From Marispirochaeta sp. (GTDB taxonomy: Bacteria > Spirochaetota > Spirochaetia > JC444 > Marispirochaetaceae): a stretch of DNA of 64,000 nucleotides. Location of the stretch: the NCBI GenBank assembly GCA_963676835.2, contig CAXXFF010000002.1:1344001-1408000 (forward strand). Direction: 5' to 3'. A program made the position numbers and the translations under genes. This document shows positions 20,172 to 27,714 of the stretch, in pieces. Each line of letters starts with the position of its first letter. Positions within the stretch are counted from its first letter, which is position 1. The notes beneath the pieces are model-generated. The model was not told where the DNA came from. It saw nothing but the letters and a program-made list of their open reading frames with translations, and did not search any database.

Positions 20172-21158
20172 ATGTTTAAGAAAATCGCTCTGGTACTTCT
20201 GGCTGCAGCTCTTTTTGCCGCAACCGGTTTTGCCAATGGACAGGGTGAAGACGATGTGATGGTGATTAAAGCTGCTCACTCCATGCCTACAACCTATCAC
20301 TATCATGATGGTATGGTTGCTTTTGCCGAAAAAGCCGCAGAGCTTTCAAAGGGTAAAATCAAAATCGAAGTGTATCCTGCAGCACAGTTAGGTGAAGAAG
20401 TTTCCACCATGGAACAGTGTAAGATGGGAGCTATCCCAATTGTTCTCACCGGTGTATTCGACTCCTATGTTCCCAAAGCAGGTGTTTTCATTCTTCCCTT
20501 CCTGTTTGACAACAGTGCTCATACCGATGCAGTACTGAACGGACCGGTTGGAGAAAAGGTTTTCGCTGGATTTGCTGATCACAACATGCAGGTTATTTCT
20601 GTATGGGAAAACGGTTTCCGCCAGATAACCAACAATGTACGCCCCATCAACAGCGTGGCTGACATGAAAGGCCTTAAGCTGCGGACTCCCCAGAGCCCCG
20701 TATGGATGCGCACCATGGAAGAGTTTGGTGTAACTCCTACTCCAATGCCCTTTGCTGAGGTTTCAACCGCAATTGTACAGGGGCTTGTAGACGGACAGGA
20801 GAATCCCCTGCTGCATATCAAGGCAAATAAAACCTACGAAGTACAGAAGCACCTCGCGGTTGTAGATTACATGTATGGACCTGCTCCGCTTCTGGTAAAC
20901 AAACCCTGGTTTGACAAGCTTTCTGCAGAAAATCAGTCAATCATCAAAGAAGCTGCCGCATATGGTAACAAGGTAATGCGCGATGTTGCAGCTGAAAGAA
21001 ATCAGGGTGCAATCGACTTCTTCAAGGAAGAAGGTCTTCAGGTTACCTATCCCGATAAGGAAGGTTTCCGCGCTCTTGTTACTGGTCTTTATGAGGGTGA
21101 GTGGGCCGAGAAATTTGGTGCAGATCTCCTCAAAGAGATCCAGAATACCAAATACTAG
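20172..21158 (+). CDS. dctP: TRAP substrate-binding protein DctP
   Basis: AGGAGG RBS; YPAAQLG, ENGFRQ, MKGLKLRT, GLVDGQENP. Confidence 0.92.
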   Translation: MFKKIALVLLAAALFAATGFANGQGEDDVMVIKAAHSMPTTYHYHDGMVAFAEKAAELSKGKIKIEVYPAAQLGEEVSTMEQCKMGAIPIVLTGVFDSYVPKAGVFILPFLFDNSAHTDAVLNGPVGEKVFAGFADHNMQVISVWENGFRQITNNVRPINSVADMKGLKLRTPQSPVWMRTMEEFGVTPTPMPFAEVSTAIVQGLVDGQENPLLHIKANKTYEVQKHLAVVDYMYGPAPLLVNKPWFDKLSAENQSIIKEAAAYGNKVMRDVAAERNQGAIDFFKEEGLQVTYPDKEGFRALVTGLYEGEWAEKFGADLLKEIQNTKY

Positions 21159-21172
21159 GATTATTTAATAAG

Positions 21173-21204
21173 AAACAGCCCTGCTTCAGGCAGGGCTGTT
21201 TTCT
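21173..21204 (+). terminator. Hairpin or intrinsic terminator after dctP
   Basis: AAACAGCCCTG-CTTCAGG-CAGGGCTGTTTT. Confidence 0.65.
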
Positions 21205-21229
21205 GTAAACAGCTTTGTACGGGCAGGTT

Positions 21230-21736
21230 ATGAAAAACGGACAGAATTCAGGTATGGACAAACTCAGGCGGTTTAATGAAAACGCCCTGATTGTCGGGAT
21301 TATAGCAACGATTATTGTTATTACCCTGCAGGTTATCAGCAGGACATTTTTTTCAAAATCTTTTTCATGGGTAGAGGAAGTCGGAAGGGCTCTCTTTGTC
21401 TATTTCATTTTCGGCGGTGCAGCCCTTGCATACAAGCAGGGACTGTTTATCAGTGCGGACTTTATCAGCAATTTCCTTCCGAAAAAGGTGAATGCCATTC
21501 TTTCTCTGATCATGGATCTGATTACGGTTATCTTTTTTATTGTAGTGGCAATTCTCGGCTACAATTTATTTACTGCATCCAAGGGGCAGCTTACACCTGC
21601 TCTGGAAGTGGAAATCCGCTGGATATACCTTGCGTTTCCAATATTCTTTGCCCAGATGGCTTATTTCGCAGTGATGAATATCATCTCCAGGTTCAGGTCA
21701 AAGTCTGATGCGGAAGGGGGCAGGTCATGGTTGTAA
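21230..21736 (+). CDS. dctQ: TRAP small permease DctQ
   Basis: QVISR...SWVEEVGR, GQLTPALE; 4 TM; exact start uncertain. Confidence 0.88.
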   Translation: MKNGQNSGMDKLRRFNENALIVGIIATIIVITLQVISRTFFSKSFSWVEEVGRALFVYFIFGGAALAYKQGLFISADFISNFLPKKVNAILSLIMDLITVIFFIVVAILGYNLFTASKGQLTPALEVEIRWIYLAFPIFFAQMAYFAVMNIISRFRSKSDAEGGRSWL

Positions 21737-23004
21737 CTGTACTGCTTGTTACGTTCTTTGTTACTGTTTTTACCAATCTGCCCATTACGGTTGTTCTCGG
21801 GTTCTCTTCTCTGGCTGCCATTTTTGCCTCCGGTACCTATCCGCTGACGATTATTGTTTCCCGAATGTTTTCGGGAATTGATTCATTCACTCTGCTGGCC
21901 ATTCCCATGTTTATCCTCGCTGGAAAGCTTCTCAATGAGAGCGGAGCAACCCACCGGATCTTCAACTTTGCAAACTCCATGGTGGGGCATATCCGTGGAG
22001 GTCTGGGGCATACCAATGTTGTTGCCAGTATTATCTTTGCAGGGATTTCGGGTTCAGCGGTGGCCGACTCCGCAGGTCTGGGTCGTGTAGAAATTGAGGC
22101 AATGAACTCCAAGGGGTATGATCCCAAGTTTTCCAGTGCTATTACCATAAGCAGCTCGGTTATCGGGCCGATTATCCCTCCCAGTATTCCCATGGTTGTC
22201 TTCGGCGCCATGGCGGGAGAATCGGTAATTAAGCTTTTTGCCGGAGGTCTTATTCCGGGGCTGTTTACCGGATTGATGCTTATGATAATGGTGTATATCG
22301 TGGCCCGGCGTACTCCGGATTTTCCCGTCCTCGAGAAGGCCGGTATGAAAGAGCGTCTGACAACCTTCAAGCAGGCCCTGCTTCCTTTGCTCGCGCCGGC
22401 CATTATTCTCGGAGGTATTTTTTCAGGCTTCTACACCCCCACAGAGGCTTCTGTTGCAGCTGTTGTATATGTAATTATCCTTGAAAAGTTCGTCTATAAG
22501 GAACTGACCTGGAATGATTTCCGCCGTATACTGCTGGAAACAATTGTCGATTCCGGAGCTATTGTAATTATTATTTCTTCTGCAAGTATCTTCGGCTGGC
22601 TTATGGCAATTGAACGCATTCCCAATATGCTGATAAACGGACTGATGGGATTTTCCAATCATCCCTACCTGGTAATGCTGCTTATAAATGCAGTGCTCCT
22701 TTTTCTCGGCTGCTTTATAGAAGGCCTTGCGGTAATGATGATTCTGACCCCGGTCCTTGTGCCGCTGGTAACTCAGCTCGGATTCAGTCCCATCTACTTC
22801 GGGGTACTGATGATACTTAATCTGATGGTAGGTACTACCACGCCTCCGCTTGGTATGAGCCTGTTTGTAATAAGTAACATGACAAAGATACCGGTCTCGG
22901 AGTTGAGCAGATCGATGCTTCCCTTTTATTTGGCCCTGGTGGTCACTCTGCTTGTCTGTCTTTTCTTTCCACCGATAATAATGCTTCTGCCGAATCTTAT
23001 TTAG
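21727..23004 (+). CDS. dctM: TRAP large permease DctM
   Basis: LLAIPMFILAG, GISGSAVAD, GPIIPPSIP, TPTEA, TPPLG. Confidence 0.93.
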   Translation: MVVTVLLVTFFVTVFTNLPITVVLGFSSLAAIFASGTYPLTIIVSRMFSGIDSFTLLAIPMFILAGKLLNESGATHRIFNFANSMVGHIRGGLGHTNVVASIIFAGISGSAVADSAGLGRVEIEAMNSKGYDPKFSSAITISSSVIGPIIPPSIPMVVFGAMAGESVIKLFAGGLIPGLFTGLMLMIMVYIVARRTPDFPVLEKAGMKERLTTFKQALLPLLAPAIILGGIFSGFYTPTEASVAAVVYVIILEKFVYKELTWNDFRRILLETIVDSGAIVIIISSASIFGWLMAIERIPNMLINGLMGFSNHPYLVMLLINAVLLFLGCFIEGLAVMMILTPVLVPLVTQLGFSPIYFGVLMILNLMVGTTTPPLGMSLFVISNMTKIPVSELSRSMLPFYLALVVTLLVCLFFPPIIMLLPNLI

Positions 23005-23172
23005 TCCGATACGGCTATCCCGGTACCTGCCTCCGTATCGGGATGAGGTATTTCCAGAGGTTCTGCCTGCGGGTGGAACCTCTGATTTTACACATGCTTT
23101 TGTGTTCACTATTTTACTTTTGCTGCTGTACTGGTATAATCACCTCCGTTGACATCAGGGAAGCTTTAAAAT

Positions 23173-23871
23173 ATGAGTAACAAGAAAGATGAAAACCTGA
23201 CCCAGATGGTCTCCAAAAGCATTGTTCAGATGATAACCGAGCATAAGATTGCTGTTGGAGAAAAGATCAATAAGATAGAAATTGCTGCGGCTCTGGATGT
23301 CAGTATGACCCCGGTGAATGAAGCAATTAACCGTCTTACCGGGCAGGGAATTTTTGAACACAGGAAAAACCTCGGATACTATCTGAAGGAGCCGACTCTT
23401 AAGGATCTGGAAGATTTTTATTACGTCCGTGCCGGACTGCAGGCTATTGCGATTTACAATTATATCAAGCGTTGTTTTAACCCCGAGGATGCTTTTCTGT
23501 CGATCTTTGACCGGTTTCGTGACGGGATTCCCCGCGGAGCTGAAAAGGAGTATATGCAGGCGGATATTAATTTCCACATGGAGATTATCAGGCATTGTGG
23601 GAATCCAGTTCTGGTAAAGATATATGAGGACAGCCACTTGCCCTACAACGCCTATGTCCGGGGGCTGCTCCGTGATCCCGGGGAGACCCTGCATGAGCAT
23701 TTTATGATTATCAAGGCCATCAAGGAGCAGAAGGCGGAGTTCGCCCGGCAGCTGATGGTTCAGCATCAAATGGCAGTAGCAGAGAATATCGAAGCAGTCC
23801 GCAAGGATCAGCGTGCAGATCAGTTCTGGGCAGAGGTGCGGAAATTCAATGTAGGCGAGGTTGACATTTAA
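23173..23871 (+). CDS. GntR/FCD-family transcriptional regulator
   Basis: IAAALDVSMTPVNEAINRL HTH; DINFH...CGNPVL, EHFMIIKAI. Confidence 0.88.
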   Translation: MSNKKDENLTQMVSKSIVQMITEHKIAVGEKINKIEIAAALDVSMTPVNEAINRLTGQGIFEHRKNLGYYLKEPTLKDLEDFYYVRAGLQAIAIYNYIKRCFNPEDAFLSIFDRFRDGIPRGAEKEYMQADINFHMEIIRHCGNPVLVKIYEDSHLPYNAYVRGLLRDPGETLHEHFMIIKAIKEQKAEFARQLMVQHQMAVAENIEAVRKDQRADQFWAEVRKFNVGEVDI

Positions 23872-23923
23872 CCCTGTTCGGGTGTATCAAGAATTAATCT
23901 TAAAGAAAAGGAGTCCGTAAACT

Positions 23924-24016
23924 ATGACTAAATGCAGATTTACTGTCTGGTCAGCATATCGACCGGTGTTTACCGCCTGGTACGGGTTTACGGATTTATC
24001 GGAGAAGGGACTCTAG
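23924..24016 (+). CDS. Putative 30-aa leader peptide MTKCRFTVWSAYRPVFTAWYGFTDLSEKGL
   Basis: AAAGGAG upstream; 7 of 30 residues aromatic; followed by two terminator hairpins. Confidence 0.4.
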   Translation: MTKCRFTVWSAYRPVFTAWYGFTDLSEKGL

Positions 24017-24039
24017 TTTTCCCTTCAACGAGTATATAC

Positions 24040-24072
24040 GCCGCAGCCCGTAAGGGGTTGCGGCTTTTTTTT
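24040..24072 (+). terminator. Intrinsic terminator 1
   Basis: GCCGCAGCCC-GTAAG-GGGTTGCGGC followed by a T8 run. Confidence 0.75.
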
Positions 24073-24108
24073 AGGATGAAAAGTGGATATGAAACTTTTC
24101 TCGCCTTG

Positions 24109-24145
24109 AAAAGGCCGCCGGGATTTTTTCCCTGCGGCCTTTTTT
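24109..24145. terminator. Intrinsic terminator 2 (possibly bidirectional)
   Basis: AAAAGGCCGCCGGGA-TTTT-TTCCCTGCGGCCTTTTTT; A-run before and T-run after. Confidence 0.7.
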
Positions 24146-24171
24146 GTTTCCATCGGAACAGGAGGCAGACC

Positions 24172-24378
24172 GTGGAACACAATTTTTACGAGGCATGGGC
24201 TATGGGCAGAGAGCGGCAGAAGGATCTTCTGGCAGAGGGGCATAGAAGACGGAGAGCTTCCTCCGTGGTTTCTCCTTCCGGGAGGTCGGGACTGAGGATG
24301 CGTGTAGGCGCAATGCTTATTGCCCTCGGGTTAAAACTGAGCGGGATCGATGAAGAATCAGGAGCTTCTGACCAGTAG
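24172..24378 (+). CDS. Small hypothetical protein (68 aa)
   Basis: AGGAGG RBS then GTG; ERQKDLLAEG..RRR...RMRVGAMLIALGLKL pattern; 3' end overlaps the polyprenyl synthase stop. Confidence 0.6.
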   Translation: MEHNFYEAWAMGRERQKDLLAEGHRRRRASSVVSPSGRSGLRMRVGAMLIALGLKLSGIDEESGASDQ

Positions 24379-25332
24379 GTTGCCCGTAAGCTCAAGAAGC
24401 AGGTTCCGGGTAAGCCCTTCCCTGAGTCCGGACGCTTCATTTACGGCCCGGCGGGTATAGTTCTGTGCCAGTTCCCCGGCCAGAACTATGCCCCCCGCGG
24501 CCTCTATGGTTTCGGCCGCCTTTTTGAGGGTCTCGTCCTGGTATGGAGGTGTGCTGAGGATCTGCTTCAGCTCATCTCCGGCGGAACCCCTGAGGGTGTA
24601 GATAACTGGAGCGGTGAAAATGCCGTTTTTAATATCCCGGGCCAGGGGTTTTCCGGTACTGATCTCGCTGCCCTTTAAATCAAGAAGATCATCTTTAATC
24701 TGAAAGGCGATTCCTATGTTATAGCCGTATCTTCTGAATTGCTGGATCTCTTCCGGGCTGCAGCCGCTATGGCTTGCCCCCAGATAGAGGGAGGCGCCTA
24801 TGAGGGCTGCAGTCTTTGCTGCAATCTTCCGCTTGTATCTGCGCATACTTGCCGAAAGAGAGTACTGGTCATGATTCTGGTTGATCTCTCCTTCGCATAT
24901 GCGTTCAACCGCACGGCTGAAGCGTATTCCGGAAGTTTTCTCTATAAGATCTTCCATGAGGCCGAAGCTGCGGGCAAAAAGGTAGTCCCCCAGAAGCAGT
25001 GCTGTTTTTACCCCGGTGCTTATGTGCAGGGTTGTGCGGCCTCTTCTGGTCGCGGCTTCATCAAGAATGTCATCGTGTACCAGAGTGGCAAGGTGCAGGA
25101 GTTCCACCGCAGCAGCCAGCTGATAGAGGTCGTCCTGATTCTCCTTTCCATACCAGCCGCTTAAGAGTACAAGGGCGGGGCGGAGCATTTTACCTCCGCC
25201 CTCTATCAGGCTGGAGATGCTGCCGGCAATCAGGGGCGAGCTGTGCTGTGCGGTATCGGCGAGAATCTCCCGGACCCTGTCCAGTCCTTTGTCCAGTTCC
25301 GGGCTAATCCACAAGCTATTTCCTTCAGCCAT
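24358..25332 (-). CDS. Long-chain polyprenyl diphosphate synthase (HepT/DmkB-like)
   Basis: GGKMLRP, HLATLVHDDILD (FARM), RRG, FQIKDDLLD (SARM); start MAEGN 8 nt after ndh stop. Confidence 0.9.
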   Translation of the reverse strand: MAEGNSLWISPELDKGLDRVREILADTAQHSSPLIAGSISSLIEGGGKMLRPALVLLSGWYGKENQDDLYQLAAAVELLHLATLVHDDILDEAATRRGRTTLHISTGVKTALLLGDYLFARSFGLMEDLIEKTSGIRFSRAVERICEGEINQNHDQYSLSASMRRYKRKIAAKTAALIGASLYLGASHSGCSPEEIQQFRRYGYNIGIAFQIKDDLLDLKGSEISTGKPLARDIKNGIFTAPVIYTLRGSAGDELKQILSTPPYQDETLKKAAETIEAAGGIVLAGELAQNYTRRAVNEASGLREGLTRNLLLELTGNLLVRSS

Positions 25333-25340
25333 GAGGAGCC

Positions 25341-27563
25341 TTAGGCTTTCTCCTTCTTTTTCCGTATTACCGGTTCTCCTGCATAGAGATGATATTTCTG
25401 TACAAGCTTTAAAGAGCGCCACTGTCGGTCAACAAAAGGGAGTACATAATGGTCCAGGCCGAAGGCTCGTCCGGCACCTCCCAGCATTACAACTGCGGCA
25501 AAAATAAACCAGAGCTGGCTCCAGCTGAACATCCCCGAAAAGATGAAAACAAAGCACATGATAATGGAGACACCTGCAGCGGGAAAGGTGAAGAGTCCGC
25601 CGATAAGGGCAAGGCCTATAAGCACTTCTGTTGCCACAACCATGGACTGAAAAAGCTGAAAGGGGATATGGGATGCAACTGCATCCATAAAGGTCTGCCT
25701 GAACCAGGTTACAAAGCCGGAATCGTAGGGGATGATTGTTTTGGCAGTATCCCAGACCAGCCCGAATGCATCCCCGGCAGCATCCGCCGCGGCGTGAACC
25801 GCTCCTTCTGCCGCATCCGAAGCGGCACTGACCGTATCCGCTACGGCATGCACTGTCTCTTCCGCCATATCGGTGGCTGCACTCACCGTGTCGGCTACTG
25901 CTTCGACCACCGGCTCCGCCATATCGCTTGCCGCACTTACCGTGTCTGCTGCAGCCTCTGCAACAGGCTCAGCCATATCACTGGCTGCGCTGACAGCTTC
26001 GGCGGCAGCCTCAGCCGCGGGTGCTGCCATCTCAGAGGCTGCACTGCCCGCATCGGCTGCGACTGCAACACCGGCCTGTACAACTCCGTGGCTGAACATC
26101 CAGGCTGATTTTGTCCCTGAGGCGAAGGATAACCAGCCTTCGCCGATTTTATTGACCCCTTCGGTGAGCCACATCAGGCCCAGCCAGAGGCGGAGGGGTA
26201 CTGCCCAGAATCCCTGGGGCCTGTAGGAGAGGTGATTGTGCAGGAAGGTTCTGCCGTCTTCCATGTGCAGGAATTCGTGCTTGATATAACCCCAGCAGGC
26301 GTTTATTCCGGCAATGCCGAAGAGGTAGTGAAGGTTTACCAGATGCTTGGTGGCCATTGCCATCATACCGCTGGTTTTTAATCCCATGGCATTTGACACG
26401 CAGTACCTGCTGCCGATTGATACCATGAATCCGTGGTAGTTGGATTTGAAGGGCTTTTTCTTTCCGCCCTTAATGGCTGCGGCTATATTCTCTGCCGCTG
26501 TCTCTCCTGTCTGCATGGCAGTTTCTACAATCTGGGGGAGAACCTTTCCCTCTTCAACAAACCACATATTGTCGCCTACGGCAAATATGGCCGGATCATC
26601 AGCGGTCTGCATGAATTCGTCCACAAGAATACGACCGCGTTTGCCAACGATATAGGTTTCTTCCTCTTCAAAGCGGCATCCGCACATACCGTGGATTCCC
26701 TCAGAGCTTGCGAAAGAGCATTCGCCTCTGGCGGTGTGTCCTTTTTCCAGGGCTGTACGGCTGGTGAACTCGGAACCATGAATTCCGCAAGTCCATACAA
26801 AGGTTTCTGTGGGGAGGGATCCTCCATCCTTAAAAATCACCAGGTTCTCTTCTGCGGCAACAATAGGTGAGTTCAGGCGTATCTCAACGCCTTTTTTCTT
26901 CAGGTATTTTTCAGTCTTCTTTCTGAGGGGTTCTTCAATTATGGGCAGTATTCTGTCCATGGCTTCGGCGATAACAATTTTCACATCTGCGGGATCAATA
27001 TTGTACCGGCGGCACAGCACATCCCTGCGTTCCATAAATTCACCGGCAAGCTCAATTCCGGTAAATCCGGCGCCGGCAACCACAAAGGTCAGCATCTGCT
27101 GCCGGGTTTCCGGATTCGGTTCTTTGGCGGCCAGCCGGTACCGTTCTTCGCAATGCTGCCGTATGCGGATCGCGTCTTCCAGAGACCAGAGGCTGAAGGA
27201 GTTTTCCTGAATTCCCTGAATGTCAAAGAACTCCGGAGCGCCACCGGTTGCAAGAACCAGATAGTCATAGGAGTAGGTTGCCTTTTCGGAGATCAGCTCT
27301 TTTTTTTGGGTATCCAGTCCCTTGATAACATCGGTTACCATGTTAACCCGGGATCCTGAGAAGATTCTGTCATAGGAGATCATAACTGAATCCGGATCTA
27401 CTCTGGATCCGGCAACCTCATGCAGTTCTGTCATCAGGGTGTGGTAGGTGTTTTTGTCTATAATGGTGATTTCAACCTCGGGGTTTTTCTTGAAAATTTT
27501 CCCGAGTTTCATTGCGGCGGTTATTCCGCCGTATCCGCCGCCCAGAATAACAATTCGTTTCAT
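25341..27563 (-). CDS. ndh: Type II NADH dehydrogenase fused to DoxX-like membrane domain with repeat-containing loop (Ndh2-like)
   Basis: ILGGGYGG, ELHEVAG, GAGFTGIELAGE, FAVGD; C-terminal PLRLWLGLMWLTEG..K, EVLIGLALIGGLFT, GRAFGLD. Confidence 0.88.
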   Translation of the reverse strand: MKRIVILGGGYGGITAAMKLGKIFKKNPEVEITIIDKNTYHTLMTELHEVAGSRVDPDSVMISYDRIFSGSRVNMVTDVIKGLDTQKKELISEKATYSYDYLVLATGGAPEFFDIQGIQENSFSLWSLEDAIRIRQHCEERYRLAAKEPNPETRQQMLTFVVAGAGFTGIELAGEFMERRDVLCRRYNIDPADVKIVIAEAMDRILPIIEEPLRKKTEKYLKKKGVEIRLNSPIVAAEENLVIFKDGGSLPTETFVWTCGIHGSEFTSRTALEKGHTARGECSFASSEGIHGMCGCRFEEEETYIVGKRGRILVDEFMQTADDPAIFAVGDNMWFVEEGKVLPQIVETAMQTGETAAENIAAAIKGGKKKPFKSNYHGFMVSIGSRYCVSNAMGLKTSGMMAMATKHLVNLHYLFGIAGINACWGYIKHEFLHMEDGRTFLHNHLSYRPQGFWAVPLRLWLGLMWLTEGVNKIGEGWLSFASGTKSAWMFSHGVVQAGVAVAADAGSAASEMAAPAAEAAAEAVSAASDMAEPVAEAAADTVSAASDMAEPVVEAVADTVSAATDMAEETVHAVADTVSAASDAAEGAVHAAADAAGDAFGLVWDTAKTIIPYDSGFVTWFRQTFMDAVASHIPFQLFQSMVVATEVLIGLALIGGLFTFPAAGVSIIMCFVFIFSGMFSWSQLWFIFAAVVMLGGAGRAFGLDHYVLPFVDRQWRSLKLVQKYHLYAGEPVIRKKKEKA
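25778..26056 (-). repeat. Five in-frame 54-bp (18-aa) degenerate tandem repeats
   Basis: SAASEMAAPAAEAAAEAV / SAASDMAEPVAEAAADTV / SAASDMAEPVVEAVADTV / SAATDMAEETVHAVADTV / SAASDAAEGAVHAAADAA; GCCATATC recurs at 54-nt spacing on + strand. Confidence 0.9.
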
Positions 27564-27714
27564 ATGCAACAGCTCCTTCGAGTAATTGTAGTCAAAGAAA
27601 TAGCTATACTGTGTTTACATGAAACGTTATTCGGTATTTATTTACTCAATTATAGAAGAAAGAGGTCCGTGAGTCAATGTAATTGAGAAAAACAGTCAGG
27701 TTATATCGGTGTTT

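Noticed and set aside
23005..23090. Two hairpins between dctM and gntR considered as a riboswitch
   Set aside because: No known aptamer consensus; adequately explained as terminator or stability hairpins.
23932..24171. 5' extension of the 148-aa ORF
   Set aside because: It runs through two terminator hairpins; the strong RBS supports the GTG at 24172 instead.
25778..26056. 54-bp periodic repeat considered as a CRISPR array
   Set aside because: Repeats are in frame, degenerate at codon third positions and have no unique spacers; no cas genes nearby.
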